NCBI GenBank assembly: GCA_001600815.1
Contig: BCKZ01000003.1
Coordinates: 186,001 to 250,000 of the forward strand
Origin: Alloascoidea hylecoeti
Lineage: Eukaryota
DNA length: 64,000 bases
Direction: 5' to 3'
Made by a program: the position numbers and the translations under genes
In this document: positions 46,554 through 60,573 of the stretch, piece after piece
Layout of the letters: every line of letters starts with the position of its first letter
Numbering within the stretch: the first letter of the stretch is position 1
The notes under the pieces: generated by a model
Told to the model about the DNA's origin: nothing
Databases searched by the model: none
The model's input: only the letters and a program-made list of their open reading frames with translations

Positions 46554-47099
46554 ATGAAGCTGGCTGAAGCTCTAAGATTAAAGTCCTATATGAACGACAG
46601 ACTTAATATTATAGAATCACGGATAGGGGAATATTGTCAAATTCAAGAAGGTGATGAACCCCAGAACGATCCGTATGAATTAATTCAAGAATATGAAATT
46701 CTTTCAGAACAGATCAGGATTTTAGCTACCTGTATTAATTTAACAAATTCATTGACCTTTATCGAAATTGAGAATAATTCCTCAGTTCCAGTTAACCAAG
46801 TTGAAAATGGAAAAGTGAGATTGACAATGACTGAAGCTTTAGTTACAAGAGATAACTTGGAGAGCCGAGAATCAATGTATGAAGGTCTGGCCAATGCTGC
46901 TACCATTTGTTTTACTGACTACGCCGAAAGGAAGTATGTCAGTATGATTTCTGCTAGTGAGATACAAAAAAAGTGGTTCAAATTATCGCAAGAAATAAGG
47001 TTCTTAGATAACAAGGTACAACAACAAAACTGGTCAATTATACTGAAAGATTTGAATGGTGATGATTATGTCTCACCCATTAGTAAGCTTTTGATATAG
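46554..47099 (+). CDS. DIP1984-family (bacterial-type) coiled-coil protein, 181 aa, intronless
   Basis: MKLAEAL, QEGDEP..DPYEL, IN.TN, MTEALVTRD.L and LS.EIR.LD.KVQQ.NW match my recollection of the bacterial DIP1984 family pattern. Not verified by a search. Confidence 0.75.
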   Translation: MKLAEALRLKSYMNDRLNIIESRIGEYCQIQEGDEPQNDPYELIQEYEILSEQIRILATCINLTNSLTFIEIENNSSVPVNQVENGKVRLTMTEALVTRDNLESRESMYEGLANAATICFTDYAERKYVSMISASEIQKKWFKLSQEIRFLDNKVQQQNWSIILKDLNGDDYVSPISKLLI

Positions 47100-50000
47100 A
47101 GTTTTGTCATTATGATTGATTGCTATTATATTACTTTGGGTTTCGCAAATCTATCGTCTTTTCATCAGACAAATTCAGAATTATGATCATGACCTTGATA
47201 CTTCTTTTGTACATCATTTCACGGGTAATCCCTACCATTCATCTTATATATAAATATTATATTATTTGACATGGTTTCATAATTGATCGAAAGGTGGTAT
47301 TTATGTTCCAAGTTCATTAACTTTTGTCTTATAACTTCTTTCATCAGTTAGTATACTTTATGCCAATATCTGGTATTCATTATACTTAGCAAATACGAAG
47401 GTAACCGAAAGATGAGCTTTTCTTTTTAAGGTTAACATTTGATATAGTACAATTCACAATTCACAAGCCAGAAGCCAATAACAGATTTAACACTTTCGAT
47501 TTAGGGAAAGATATTTCATTAAGGTTTATCTTATTATTAATGTACTTATTGTGATTGCAATTAATTATAAGAAGAGTAAAAGGGTTAAATGGGTCTGAGT
47601 TCCCTGTATGATTCTTGCCTCTTGCTATGGCTACATTACCATATTATTTATTTATATCTTTTGAAATACCAACTGTATAAAAACAAAAAATAGATTAGTT
47701 ACCATGTAGGAACTTCTAGGAAGGAAGTATTTACATAACGGATGAGTGTGAGACTTATATTTATTACCAGGAAATATGTACCAGATACATGTAGCTACAG
47801 AGCTTAAATTTAGTGCTTTGTTAAAGATAGAAATAATTACTCTACATGAATTATATTAATATTGGGCATGTGAAGAACTAATGAGTTTGATAGTATAAAT
47901 CAATAGCACGATAATTGTTTTTGTTTCTCAAAAATCCAATGCGCGCTTATAGTGACCCCCTCAGAAAAATTTATAAATGTTATAACTTCACTAGCTTAAC
48001 TGCCACATTATCCCTTAACCTAATTTTTTTATTTTTTTTTTTACAGATGACACTTTTGATCTATAGCTCGAATATAATTGTATGGGGCAGATATCTATTG
48101 TCAAACTGACCACATGGTGTTATTCTCATATTGGGAACTGCACATATGCATTATTACCATATGTAAGAATATGCAAATATGCAGTTCTGCTGTATAAGGG
48201 AATGTGTAATTTGCTGCATATATGCGTTAAGAATAAAGGAAAAGGTCCATATTTGAACATAAACTGGGGACGCAGGTATTATTTTCCAATTGTGACTGCC
48301 ATGTTTTCTTTAATATAATATTTAGCTTCCGTTTTACGTGTTTTCATCACACTATCAGATTCTAATTAGTGGCATGTCATTTGTGATTAGTTACAGTACG
48401 TATAAGCTTTACAATTAATTTTCATTGACGTTAGCATATTTAGTTTACTGTCACCGATGAGAATAGTTTCCAGACTAAGGATACAAACCAGTACGTGCTA
48501 TAAAGGCATGAACTTTAGAGAATTTGCGGGAGAAACCACCAAGTAGCTATAAGATCTTAGGACTCAATAGAAGAATGTTCTCGATGGAGTTTGCATAATA
48601 TTAATCCTACAGACCGGTGAGCATCACTACATGTGAAATATATACATGATATAAATATTGATTAAATTATAAAATAATAGGACTTGATCATCGGAATACC
48701 AATCTGCTAAGAATGAACAAATTACTGTTAAACGATTTTTGAAAATCAACGATTCTTGGACTTAATTATCAAATTATTTAAAAAGGGGATTCTTTAGTGT
48801 CACACATACAAATTAATCAGCGCTAGCTACATAAAATTAGTAATGGTTTGTGAGATAACATTTTGGTGATTTTAAGGAAATATTTTGGTGAATTATCAGC
48901 CCTGAATTTGGCGACTTTACTAAATTTATTTAGCCGAGACGCCTGAACTAATAGGAAAATATTTAAAGATGGTTTCGGAATCTAAGAAGTTTTGTTAGTC
49001 ATGTCTCAGAATAATTATTGGCGATTTTTTCAAGAATTAAGTGCCCATATGTCTGAAATTATTTAGGGATATGAACACTGAACAACGCAAATTGAGTACA
49101 ATTCAAAGATATAAGATAAATATAACGGAATTCAAAACTGTTCCTGAAAGTAAAGAAAATCTTTAAGGATTTTAGGTCAAAATAAATGCTGATTTGCATT
49201 AGGTCTCAATCAAAATTCTAGTCCACGTCTTAAGTTTTGCAATTGGTTTTAATTATGGACTTCGTTAGAACGATTAAAAAAGCTAACGGTGATCGGAAAT
49301 AAACGAATGGAACGGAAATCCAAATTTAAAGGGGTTACAGTTGCGAATTGTTAAGTGGAAGAACTAACTTTTTGGATATTGTGATCGGTATCATACAAGA
49401 TATTCAAAATTTTGAAAAATCACTGTGGCAGGATAAATAAAATAAAAAATATTAAACATTTTAAATATATTCACTTTATGAGGTTATATTTACATGCCGG
49501 TGTAGGGGGTAAAATGGGGTGTGTTTCACTGCGTCAGCTCAACTACGTTATCCACTGTGTGTTTATAAACAAACTATATTAATATATTCTGGTCTTCTAC
49601 GCGTAAACTAGATTAAAAATGTAAATTGACTAACCCCAGAAGTTCAAGGAGTCTTCTTAAGTTGATACTATAAGCTATAACCTTACATACATGAACTCTT
49701 ATGTGTATAATTATAATTATAATGAATTGAATTCAAAGATCATTTAATGTAATTATAATAGGGGTTTAATAGTGCGCTTAGCTTTAAACCCCTTGGATGC
49801 AGCTATTTTTTAAATTTGCAATATTTTGTTGCGATGCAGAAATTAATTATAACCCCTGGCTTTTTTTTATTTACTTAAATATTAATATTGCAATTGTGAT
49901 CTCACTAGATGTGAAAAACAATAATAATCTGAATATTTTCTCCTAATTGTTAGATAATTTCAAAAGTTCCATCTCAAAAAATCGAAAAAATCGAAAAATT

Positions 50001-53000
50001 CGTCATCATAGCACTTAAACGGTATAGCGACATTATTTCAAACAAAAATAAAAGTATGTAAGAAAACCACAAATATTAATTAATGTTAATAACATTTGAG
50101 CTTCAATTGAATCATTTTATAATTGAAGCATATTTTCAATATCAACCCAATTGCAATCAAAAATAGTTTTTTGATGTATATATAGACTATTTGAACTTTT
50201 ATTGATTTTGGGTTGGAAAAACATTCACCAAATACTACAATAGAATTAAAAATCCAAGCACGTAATCTAAGAGTTAATTGAATTGAAATATTATCATTAG
50301 TATACTAAAGTTTAATGATTGTTATAGTATTTAGAATTAGTTGTCCGTTGATTCCTTTATCTAATAGCTTATCGATAAGTAATACATATATCGATAGATC
50401 TGATACCATCGCCAGTAATATTGTGCACGTGAGGCATATCCAGATTTAAATACGGTATAATTTTCAATGGGCACGTTAACTATAATACGATATGTAGCGT
50501 AAGTAATAAGTATGGGTGAAAAGCCGGTAAAATTATTTTCTATATGATATGTGTGAGGAGTGTCATGCTCTATTGGTAGTAGGAGTGGATACGTTTACGG
50601 TTTACTCTATCTTAGTTCCTGGAATCATAGTATCATACCATGATCAAAAGATTTGATCATGAGACTTATAAATCTCAATCCCAAAATATAAAGCAGAGGA
50701 GTATGATAAAAGATCTCCGGCCTCCTATTTGTTCCTTATTAACTCAGGGAAAGACTTCCGAATCGGATTAAATAGTACTTTGGATTAATCATAATTTGTT
50801 CCCTCTGTCGGATATGTGTCCTTATAATTAAGCTTCTTATATAATAATGATCTATCATGCTGAGATACCAATGCAGCATTTATCGCTACAGTACTAATTA
50901 TAAGTTTTGAATTTTTTGATGCCAATATTAATGATATTTGTAAAATTCATTTTCGTATATTTTTATCTTTAACATATCATGGTCGTTACTAATTAGCTAG
51001 CTATAGTACTATAGTCTTGAAAAATATAACGTGCACAATTACTAATTACAAGCTAATACTATAGTTTCATATCTCCTTGTCTACTTCATGGTAGAAACAT
51101 TTTGAGCCATATGTAAATGATTAACAAATTTTTGTTCAATATTAATACGATTGCAATGACACCATCAAAATTCGATGAAAAACGTCTTATTCAATTAAAT
51201 ATTATAAATTATTTATCATTTTCTAGCATCTATTAAATCCATCCCCCGGCCCACATGAGATGATTTTATAAATGGATCAAGTTTCAGTTGGTTCAATTAA
51301 CCTTAAATACTTTTAGGAGTGATCACAGTCATCAGACTCATCACACTGTTGGGATTATGGATACAGTATTTTGTCATAGAACCAAAATTATCATTATCTG
51401 CACGTATACGTATATATCAATGTGCATTTGCATGAAGGGTACAACATTCAGAAAGTTTTGTTGTGACTTTAATGAAATGAAAAATAATTGTACTTGACTG
51501 TAAATGTAACGGCATTCATGAAACCTAAAAAATAATTATAAACTGTTTAAAACGTACCCAGCGCCACTATCTTTAACTACATTGTCTACACATTTTAATG
51601 ATGAAAAGTCCATTGTGAGCAATGTTGTTAGTTTTATGTATTACTATATCTAATTTATTGATTGGATGTAAATAAACGGCATATTAAGGTAGATACGAAT
51701 CGCCCTGTTAACACCCGGAATCTTAATAATTCAATCTTTGCTACCTGATTCGAAAATCATGCCATGATGTCATGAATCGCAGTTTTAGTATTTGAAGCAT
51801 CAAACAAAATCAGCGAACAACGAGATAATTCTGAGGAAAAGAATGGTCCATTATTCTCGGAAACATATGATTTATCTATAATGATGTCAAAGAAATAAAT
51901 GCGGTAGTAGGCATAGTAGCGATGATCTGATCCTGATGCGGGCCGGACTGAAAACTGAATATTAATTGCCCAACATACTAATTACCCTTACTATTGTAGG
52001 AATTTAGGTTTCTTATCTGTAATACCAATAATAATAAAATAAATTGTATTAAAATAGCTGATTGCCATTGAAATGGTAGCCCTAGTGGGGCCGTGGGGTG
52101 CTATTAACATGAATATTTTGAGCAACACATGCGTAAACTAGGAACCTTCTAGTTCAGAATTAATTTCTGACAACAAAGATTCTAGCCAGCTATATGGATA
52201 AGAGCTATCCGCCGTCGCAGTCCAAGTAAGAGAAGGCCTTTCCTTAGCGTGTTTAATTAAGCGAAGAGACAACGATTTTAATTGACATTCCCGTTAGGAA
52301 AAATAATTTAAAGTTCACATACGTATATTATTGTTAATGCTTTAAGTTACCCATTCTATTAATTTTTATGTAGGAGATATTAATATTCAAGTTTTATTAT
52401 TGTTCTTGCTCGATGACTTGCAACTGCGTTTTACCTATCGCTGCTGCGGCCGAAACTATAAGCTAGGTTGTATGGCAATGTATGCTCATATCTTAAAGTA
52501 AACATGCATGAAACAAGAATATATTATTTTTCTATTCCCAATTGCAATTATTGTGTAATATTTTATATACTTTCCCGTTATCGGTTGAATGGCGACTGAT
52601 CACAAAGAGAATTTCAACTGCAGACTCACAGTTTATGCTTAATTATGATTCTGCTATTCAGTCCTGTGTCATATATAACTTATATCCTCGATGTGTGATC
52701 TTTAGTATCGATCTTTTTTGAAGTATGTGTATATATGGAAGTAACCGTTTTATAGCTAATGTTTTAGGTTCATATATACAAAGTATAAAAAGATATAATT
52801 AAAACAATCTATAACTAGGACTAGACCTATTAATTCCAAAACTGTCAATAAAAGAATGCTCGCCTGATCTCAAGCAATAATAAATTCCAACGGCATTTTC
52901 TGCATATAGTGTATTAAAGGAAGTTTTGATAGATGAGATACTCTATCTTAGGAATAGTGCATACATAAAAATTATGTGGTTAACGTTATTTTTCAATATC

Positions 53001-53474
53001 GTTCTGTCGAGAAGGAGAAGAAGAAACTCTATTCACTTCTAATTACAGATCAGGGAAATTTCATAACTAGATATAGTAAGTACTTATGATGTTACACCTG
53101 TCGAACTAAGGTATATATATGTATTCGTTTTATTCCACAAACATTTTCTTGTCCGGATAAGTTCTTAATAATGGCCATGCATGAGAGTTTCTGTAATTAA
53201 CCGTTTTTCATATTTTTTTAAAAATTGGCGATCCACCACGGTACTTTTCTGGTACTTTCTGAAAAGTTTTCCAAACGTCTCGATAAGGTGTTCTTTCCTC
53301 GTACGCTTGAATAAATAATGAGTTCTAAACTCATTAATAAATTTGTAGGATCTTAATCAAAGTGTAGGTTCCTTACGTAAACCGTCTCTAATAATAATAG
53401 AAATTTATTTACCCTGCCTTTGTAGAGAAACTCTATCAACCAATAACACCAAGAGCTATACTACAATTCTACAA

Positions 53475-54167
53475 ATGACTGATTCAATAATTTTCACAAA
53501 CAAAAATATTGGTGAACCCTTAAAAATCGTTGATAAGAAGGTTTGTATCTTCTGTGGATCTTCTTCTGGCTCATCACCAAAAATTATAAGCGCCAGTGAA
53601 AAACTTGGCCAATTGATAGGCGAGATCAATTGGGGTTTAGTTTATGGTGGTGGAACAAGAGGAATAATGGGCGCGGTTGCAAGAAACGTTTCAAAATATG
53701 GTGGACCAGTTCATGGCATTATACCCAAAGCACTTATGGAAAGAGAGCAAGATTCAACAGTAATTTCATCGGATGGCCTTCCAAATGAAAAGGAATACGG
53801 TAAAACTACAGTGGTGCATGACATGCACACGAGAAAAAGAATGATGGGACAGGAGGCCGATGCTTTTATTGCGCTTCCTGGAGGATTTGGTACAGCTGAA
53901 GAATTATTTGAAGCCATTACATGGAATCAACTTGGAATACACTCCTGTCCTATTATAGTATTCAATATTGATGGGTTTTACGATGGATTTATTCAATTCA
54001 TTGAAAAAGCGATTGCCACTGGATTTATATCCGAACTAAACGGTTCGATCGTTGCTGTGGCAAACACACCTGAAGAAGTTATTCAAAAGATCAAAGATTA
54101 CAAAGTTCCAGATGGCCGTTTAAATCTGGATTGGTCGGCACAGACTCCCAAGAAATCATCCGAGTAA
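53475..54167 (+). CDS. LOG1: LOG-family nucleotide phosphoribohydrolase (YJL055W-like)
   Basis: VCIFCGSSSG, LVYGGGTRGIMG, MHTRKRMM and the PGGFGTAEE signature. Confidence 0.92.
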   Translation: MTDSIIFTNKNIGEPLKIVDKKVCIFCGSSSGSSPKIISASEKLGQLIGEINWGLVYGGGTRGIMGAVARNVSKYGGPVHGIIPKALMEREQDSTVISSDGLPNEKEYGKTTVVHDMHTRKRMMGQEADAFIALPGGFGTAEELFEAITWNQLGIHSCPIIVFNIDGFYDGFIQFIEKAIATGFISELNGSIVAVANTPEEVIQKIKDYKVPDGRLNLDWSAQTPKKSSE

Positions 54168-54619
54168 ACCAAAAAATATTATGTGGTATAAGATTAACAA
54201 CTAAATTACAAATAAGGAGATTGCGTTTAATTTACAGATAAAACGGGGGCACATCAACAATTTCAAAATCGACAATCTGTTATGAAAATGTTTGCAGTTG
54301 AAGATTTAAAGTTAAATTAAGATTTTTGAATTAATATGTCTGTCTCACATAAACTCTGACGATTATATATAGATAATTATAAAGAATATTTTAATTATCA
54401 CCTTGCATTACGCTTTGCACAAATAATATATTGAAAGAATCACCTCTTTTTAAAAGTATTTTTAATAATACATCACAGATTCAGAGAGAACCGATATACA
54501 CTTGGACAGATAAATAAATAGTAAGTGCCGGCTCTTATTCCATAGCAATTTTATCGTATTTCTTTACCCCCTAAAACTTCAGTTATCTCGACTAAACAAA
54601 CGGTTGTCTATCCATCATA

Positions 54620-56467
54620 ATGACCACCCCAACACATAGAAGAGGTCCATGGGCCCCAGATGAAGATGAAAGTCTCATGGAATTAATAAAAATATTCGGC
54701 CCTACTAACTGGGTGAGAATATCACACTCCCTGGGCACACGAAATCCAAAGCAGTGCCGTGAACGGTACCATCAAAATTTAAAGCCAACCCTGAATCACA
54801 GTCCGATTTCTTCGGAAGAAGGTGCTTACATTGAAGAATTGGTCACACGTTATGGTAAAAGATGGGCTGAAATAGCTAGACATCTCAACGGTAGGTCTGA
54901 TAATACAGTTAAGAACTGGTGGAATGGCGGTGCTAATAGAAGGCGCAGAGCTTCTGCTGCAGCCGGCAAACTGAATCATAGAAAGACTCGTTCTCCATGC
55001 TCCAAGTCTAAAGCATCGATATCGTCAGGTAGCGACACCAGTAACTCGGGTGAAAGGTCTTCTTCTGTTTCATCACAACTGTCGTCATCGTCTAAAAGGG
55101 CTGTGAACTATGGTACAAATAACCGTTCTTCTGCAGGGCCATCGCCTGTTACGGCCCCAACATTCAATACTGACATCTTTTCGAAGAATACAGAAAAATC
55201 GCCTTCTTTCAGGAATGGAACAATTACTTTTAGAGCATCATGCAACAAAACAGAATCTGCTTTTAGAAGGGCTTCTGTTGGTGGCTCACTCACAATGGAC
55301 CCTCACCTTACCGAAAGCTCACCATCTAATAACCATCAATCGACCATACAACTGTCTCTTGTGGCATCAAACAATACGAAATTCCGCTCCCGCTTTGAGA
55401 GCACGGAACCTTCAGCGCGATTTAGAAGGCATTCTGCAGCAGTGTTCCCAGGTAAATTAAATGAACCGATATCGGTTGTTTCTGCCCCCTCACAGCTACC
55501 TCCTCCACAATCTGCAACTGGTTTCCAGAGATCCCCTTTGTTTCACTCTATAAATAGCGGATATTCTTCAAGAGCTAACTCATTATCACTCGACGCTAAC
55601 TCTTCGGACAATGAAGACTATTACCACAAGTCGAGTATATCAAGATTGAACAGTAATACAAGCATTAATGGCAGCAGAAGGAATAGTTTAGCGTTCCCAC
55701 CGTTGTCTAGAGCAACATCAAATGAAAGGAAATCATCTGGACTGAGTCTGGTTGGTGAATCAGAAAATTACTTTCCTAAATTCGAACAGACAGGTCAGAA
55801 CTTTTCATCTAATTATACGAGTGCTACTAGATCATCATTGGCTGCTATTTCGTGGAACTCGGCTAATTCTTCTACGTCATCATTGATGTCTGCGAACAGT
55901 GGTTCAACATTATCACCAATTTCAACGAATGACAAGAACAACGGGGATATAAATTCAAATTCAAAGTCAACTTCGGATTTATCATATTCAAGTATTTCAC
56001 CGTTGATTCCGGATCAAGGTGTCCCTTTTACTGGTGCAGGTGTACCGTTGCCACATCTTCAGTCTCTGTTGAAGAACTTTGAACCATTAAGTTATGAAAG
56101 GAGATTTAGTCTAAACATGCCTGTAATTCCTAGTGGTTATAAAAAGGCTAGACATTCATCAACAAGCTCACTTAGATCATCTAAACCTACTTCCGTATCT
56201 GATCAACTTAAGTTAAACAATACCGACGATGATGGTGATGAAGATATGCCCGATGTGGAACGACAGAAAGATAATTCTTCTCCATCAATCAAAATGGAAA
56301 ATAATAAAATTTATGATAATAGTCGGGGGGATGCATTAGCAGCTTTAGCTAATGTCGCCGCCAGTTTGAATAAGACATCTTCATCTATCATTGAAAGCAC
56401 CACAGCTGAACACAAAGCTTTGAATCAAAGGTCAAATGAAATGAGCATCTCAAACCTTTTAGTCTAA
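54620..56467 (+). CDS. Two-repeat Myb transcription factor, FlbD-like
   Basis: HRRGPW..DED, NWVRIS..RNPKQCRERYHQNLKP.LN and WAEIAR.L..RSDN.VKNWWNG, followed by a Ser-rich disordered tail ending MSISNLL. Confidence 0.88.
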   Translation: MTTPTHRRGPWAPDEDESLMELIKIFGPTNWVRISHSLGTRNPKQCRERYHQNLKPTLNHSPISSEEGAYIEELVTRYGKRWAEIARHLNGRSDNTVKNWWNGGANRRRRASAAAGKLNHRKTRSPCSKSKASISSGSDTSNSGERSSSVSSQLSSSSKRAVNYGTNNRSSAGPSPVTAPTFNTDIFSKNTEKSPSFRNGTITFRASCNKTESAFRRASVGGSLTMDPHLTESSPSNNHQSTIQLSLVASNNTKFRSRFESTEPSARFRRHSAAVFPGKLNEPISVVSAPSQLPPPQSATGFQRSPLFHSINSGYSSRANSLSLDANSSDNEDYYHKSSISRLNSNTSINGSRRNSLAFPPLSRATSNERKSSGLSLVGESENYFPKFEQTGQNFSSNYTSATRSSLAAISWNSANSSTSSLMSANSGSTLSPISTNDKNNGDINSNSKSTSDLSYSSISPLIPDQGVPFTGAGVPLPHLQSLLKNFEPLSYERRFSLNMPVIPSGYKKARHSSTSSLRSSKPTSVSDQLKLNNTDDDGDEDMPDVERQKDNSSPSIKMENNKIYDNSRGDALAALANVAASLNKTSSSIIESTTAEHKALNQRSNEMSISNLLV

Positions 56468-59400
56468 AAAAAAGTTCTTGATTTAATGTAGTATTTGCTT
56501 TTTTTGATTTTCTATAATTATAATTAGTTGATTTGATTTTTTAAAATTTAATTTTGTCTTATTTAAACGCGCGTGATTCTGGAAAAAAGTGTAATAATTA
56601 ATGAAATGAAAATGTTTAGCATTAATTTATAATGTTTAAATTTAAAATTTGTATTATGTTTATTTAATCTTATCAAATATATTGGGTTGGGTTTTCTAAA
56701 TTCTTATTTTTTTATCTGTTCTTTTTTTTATATATTCATTTTAATAAAAGGCAAACTCTAAATTTCATAAATGTTAAGGGGGTTTTACAGGTTTTTTATT
56801 ATTGTACCATGAAACGTGACAGCTATAGGACCTTATATAAATATATAAATTTAAAGCGATTAAGCTGGATTCGAGTATTTTATATGGATGCAATTGTCTT
56901 TAATTTTTAGTTGCAAATGATCAAGGCTAGCGCTCATGATTATGCATAGGAGATCTAGATGCAACAGCCATTCCCTCGTAAACATATATATAACATATCA
57001 AATATAACACATAAAATTTTAGCTGTATTAATTTATAAACCTATAGTTATAGCTATTAACCAAGACTCTGTAAGTCTGTGAAGGTGATGTTGTATATAAT
57101 TTCAATTTCAGTTATGATTTGCTCCGTAAAGAATATTAAAATGGTTGGTTATCTATTAAATTATTAAAATACTTTTACATCTAATCTACCTTAGCTTGTA
57201 CCAAAAATGCCGTTTTATTTTATGGATGTCTTAAAGTCAGCATTATGGCTTTACATTATCGCCTTTTTCTAGAAAATCAAGTAATTAATTTTAAAACTAT
57301 ACCTTTATGGTTTGTAAAACTATAAGTTATATTTCTCATGATCATCAAACTATTGGGATAATGGGATGCAATCCAATTTGGTTAATGCCCATTCACATTC
57401 TATATATAGATATAGCCTTATTATGGCCCCATTTCCCTAAATTTAATTTGCTTTTAAAATTCGGGTATGACTACAATCGAATTTAAATGCATATGCATAT
57501 AGCGACTAACGAGTCTCACGATATTAATTAAGAGGAAATTCTGAGGAGTTAATATATAATGGATGCCCGAATTTTCTTTGAATAAATCTTGATCTACGAA
57601 GTTGTACAATTCGTGTATCGGTAAATCATAGTTTGCAGAATATTTAGCACCACACAATAGTAGCACTTTGATTACTACCGGTATAACTAAAATGTACTTC
57701 ACATTCGCTTACTGTTAATGAACCAAGCGCCATCACTTTTATCTAAATTTATTAGTTCTGAACATTTAATTATTTGTCTGACGACTCTATCATTTCTTTC
57801 ACATTTCTCATCGATGGTGACCCGTCCATTTCTTCTATCAAGAACTCTTTGATCATGAAGCAATCTTCTAAATACTCTATGTCGCTCAACCAACTCGTGC
57901 ATTGATACCAAGATTTAATAATTGTAGCGCAGATTAGTCATCATGCAATCAAAATAGTTTTGTTGCCAAAATGAACCCCTGGAAATTCCCTTAATTAAGA
58001 GCAACTTACGTTTATCCGAGATCTACTATGGTTAGAAATATGAACATGAAAATCGCTTTAATATTAATTTTAAAATAAAAAGACCCAGTAAGCGTTATCA
58101 TTTCCTGATCTTGATCTACTAAATTTCCAACGAACCTTTCTGAAGTTAGCGAAAATAATTTCCCCACGTTTATAATTATTAATATTCTTCTTCTTTATAT
58201 TTCCTGAATTAAGTCTAACAATTAAGGAGAGATCAATTACAATTGCATTCTACCTTTTATAACCTGCGATATACAGGAAGTATGATGATCAAGTTATTAA
58301 ATTTTTAATCGTAATTGTTGAATATAGGTAAGATTAATTAATTGACCAATGTAACTGTGTCAAGCTTAAATTAACAGGTTCAAATTTTAAAAGAACTAAT
58401 AATCATATAAAGCTTATATTATATAAGGGATCCGAAATAAATCAGAACAACATATTTTCAATAGCAGTGTACTTGTATTATAGGTTACATATCATTACAA
58501 GTAGTGAAATGTTACTATAAAGTTAACCTAATGAGCAGTTCTTTCATTTATTCGTAGCGTTATTTGAAAGAAATAATAATGAAATGTTTGGGGAATGATT
58601 GAGATTATAAGCGATCGCGATCACGATCGCGACGTTAATTAGCAGGTTGATCCTTTGAAATTTTATTAATAGAAGATCAGAAACCAGAAACATAATTGAT
58701 AATATTCATAGAACTTAATTAGAATTAGTGATGTATAGGTGTGATATGTTGGTCATTTAAGCTTTTCCAAACCTTTCGATGAATTCGTTAATATTTTTCA
58801 AAAATAACATTACAAATTCAAAGAAAAACGGTTTGAAATTGGCTAGTTACCCAAATTTAACGTTAACGCTTTTTATTTGATTAATTATTTTTCGAAAGGG
58901 TGTCATAATGTCCAGTGTCTACAAAGTACATACGGGTGTACTGCCATGATCACCGACTTTCAATTTCCACCACAAAATTAGTTATACATGTATACCTTAT
59001 ATATCAAAATAAATATCAAAGTAAATGATTAGAATTAAATTAGTTACCCCTGTGATGGAGACATGGATCCTAGTTATACTAGTTATAATCATAAATGAAA
59101 CGTGTAGCTTTTAACAAAGATAAATGAGATAGTTTTACATTTGTTTACTCATATGGACTGAAAATTTCTGAAAACTAAATAGGTGCTAAATAACCTCCTA
59201 GATTAAGCAAATAATATTTGAGTAAATATATATATATTTATACGCTCAAGTATTCATTTATTAGATTTGATTAGTATATTCATACAGACATGTCCATATA
59301 GGTATTATATAATAGGTACCTATAGGCCTATAACACATAATCTCTCTTCTATCTGCAAGAACAGTATAAGACTTATATGACCACAGCTCCACATTTCGCA

Positions 59401-60323
59401 CAATTTTGACAAACCTGGAGCATGCAAGTGATCATGAGAGTATATAACATTCTATAGATAAATAATAATTATAGGCAATTACAATGCAAAACTTTTACCA
59501 CATTAACTATAGGCTCCATTTTAAAATCAGAAAAAAAAATATATCTTTAAATCTAAATTTGATAACAGCTAATATTATTGTTCTAGTAGGGAAAGTAGAA
59601 TTGTTCTAGCTACAGGTCAAACAATTATTCCATCCAAATTTCTAACGTTAACTGATAGATGACTGATCGATATCTGTTCAATTGTTATAATAAGAGATTT
59701 GGTCATCCCCTAATTATAATTAACTAGTATTATTGTCTTACTAAAATTTATAATATTCTTTCAATTTAAAGTTTTTTATATTTATTCAGGACAAATATTA
59801 TTTTCCCTGCGTCTACGTATATTACCATCTAATTAATTTTAAATTTTATATAGGTACTATGGCATTCACCATGGCTAGGAACCAATCAATTTCGGAGAGT
59901 ACTTACATCTCTTATATTTTCCCTTATGTTCGAAACCGCTAGTTATAATTATAAATGCGTCTTTATTTTATGTTATCAATTCTTTCACTTCTATTTGTCT
60001 GCAGTACTCTATCAGACGAATTAACTATATTCCTCTATTTTTCTGTATTATGGTTTTTAACTGAACGATTACAACGAATGTAGACCTCTGGTCTGCTCAC
60101 CATTATATCTTCTTCGATTAATATTGTTTATGCTATTTTATACGTACCTCCGTATCCGACTCTTGTTTACTTAATTCTACCATGCATTACGCGCTAGTTT
60201 ATTTTATTCTACTTATTCTTTAACTTCTTTACTCTTTTTGATATCTCTTCATGTTCCAAAAGCTTTTTTAATATTCATTTGTTTCTATTATCATAAATTG
60301 GCTCGTCAATTTTTCTGCTATAA

Positions 60324-60373
60324 TTTTTTTTTAACTTTACATAATTTCCGATTAAAACTTCTAACTAGAAACT
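60324..60373 (-). mobile_element. Very short 3' tail of the L1-like element
   Basis: poly(T)-AACTTTACATAATTTCCGATTAAAACTTCTAACTAGAAACT matches the tails at 2539 and 2636. Confidence 0.75.
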
Positions 60374-60573
60374 TGACCTTGACCCCCATTAAAGTCTTTT
60401 TTAAGGGGAGGATTCATTATTTTGTTCGTTGGTTATAATACAGTTTATTCATCGTTTATTACCCATTATTTCTTAAATTGCTTTTTATGTTATTAGGGAG
60501 CTAAACATAGGTAATAGAATCTCGTTCTCGATTTCAACCCCAGCTGAAATTTTAATTTTTTTTAATAATTTTC

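Noticed and set aside
60443..60472. 24/30 match to 2391-2420
   Set aside because: Short and AT-rich; could be another shared repeat but is not supportable by eye.
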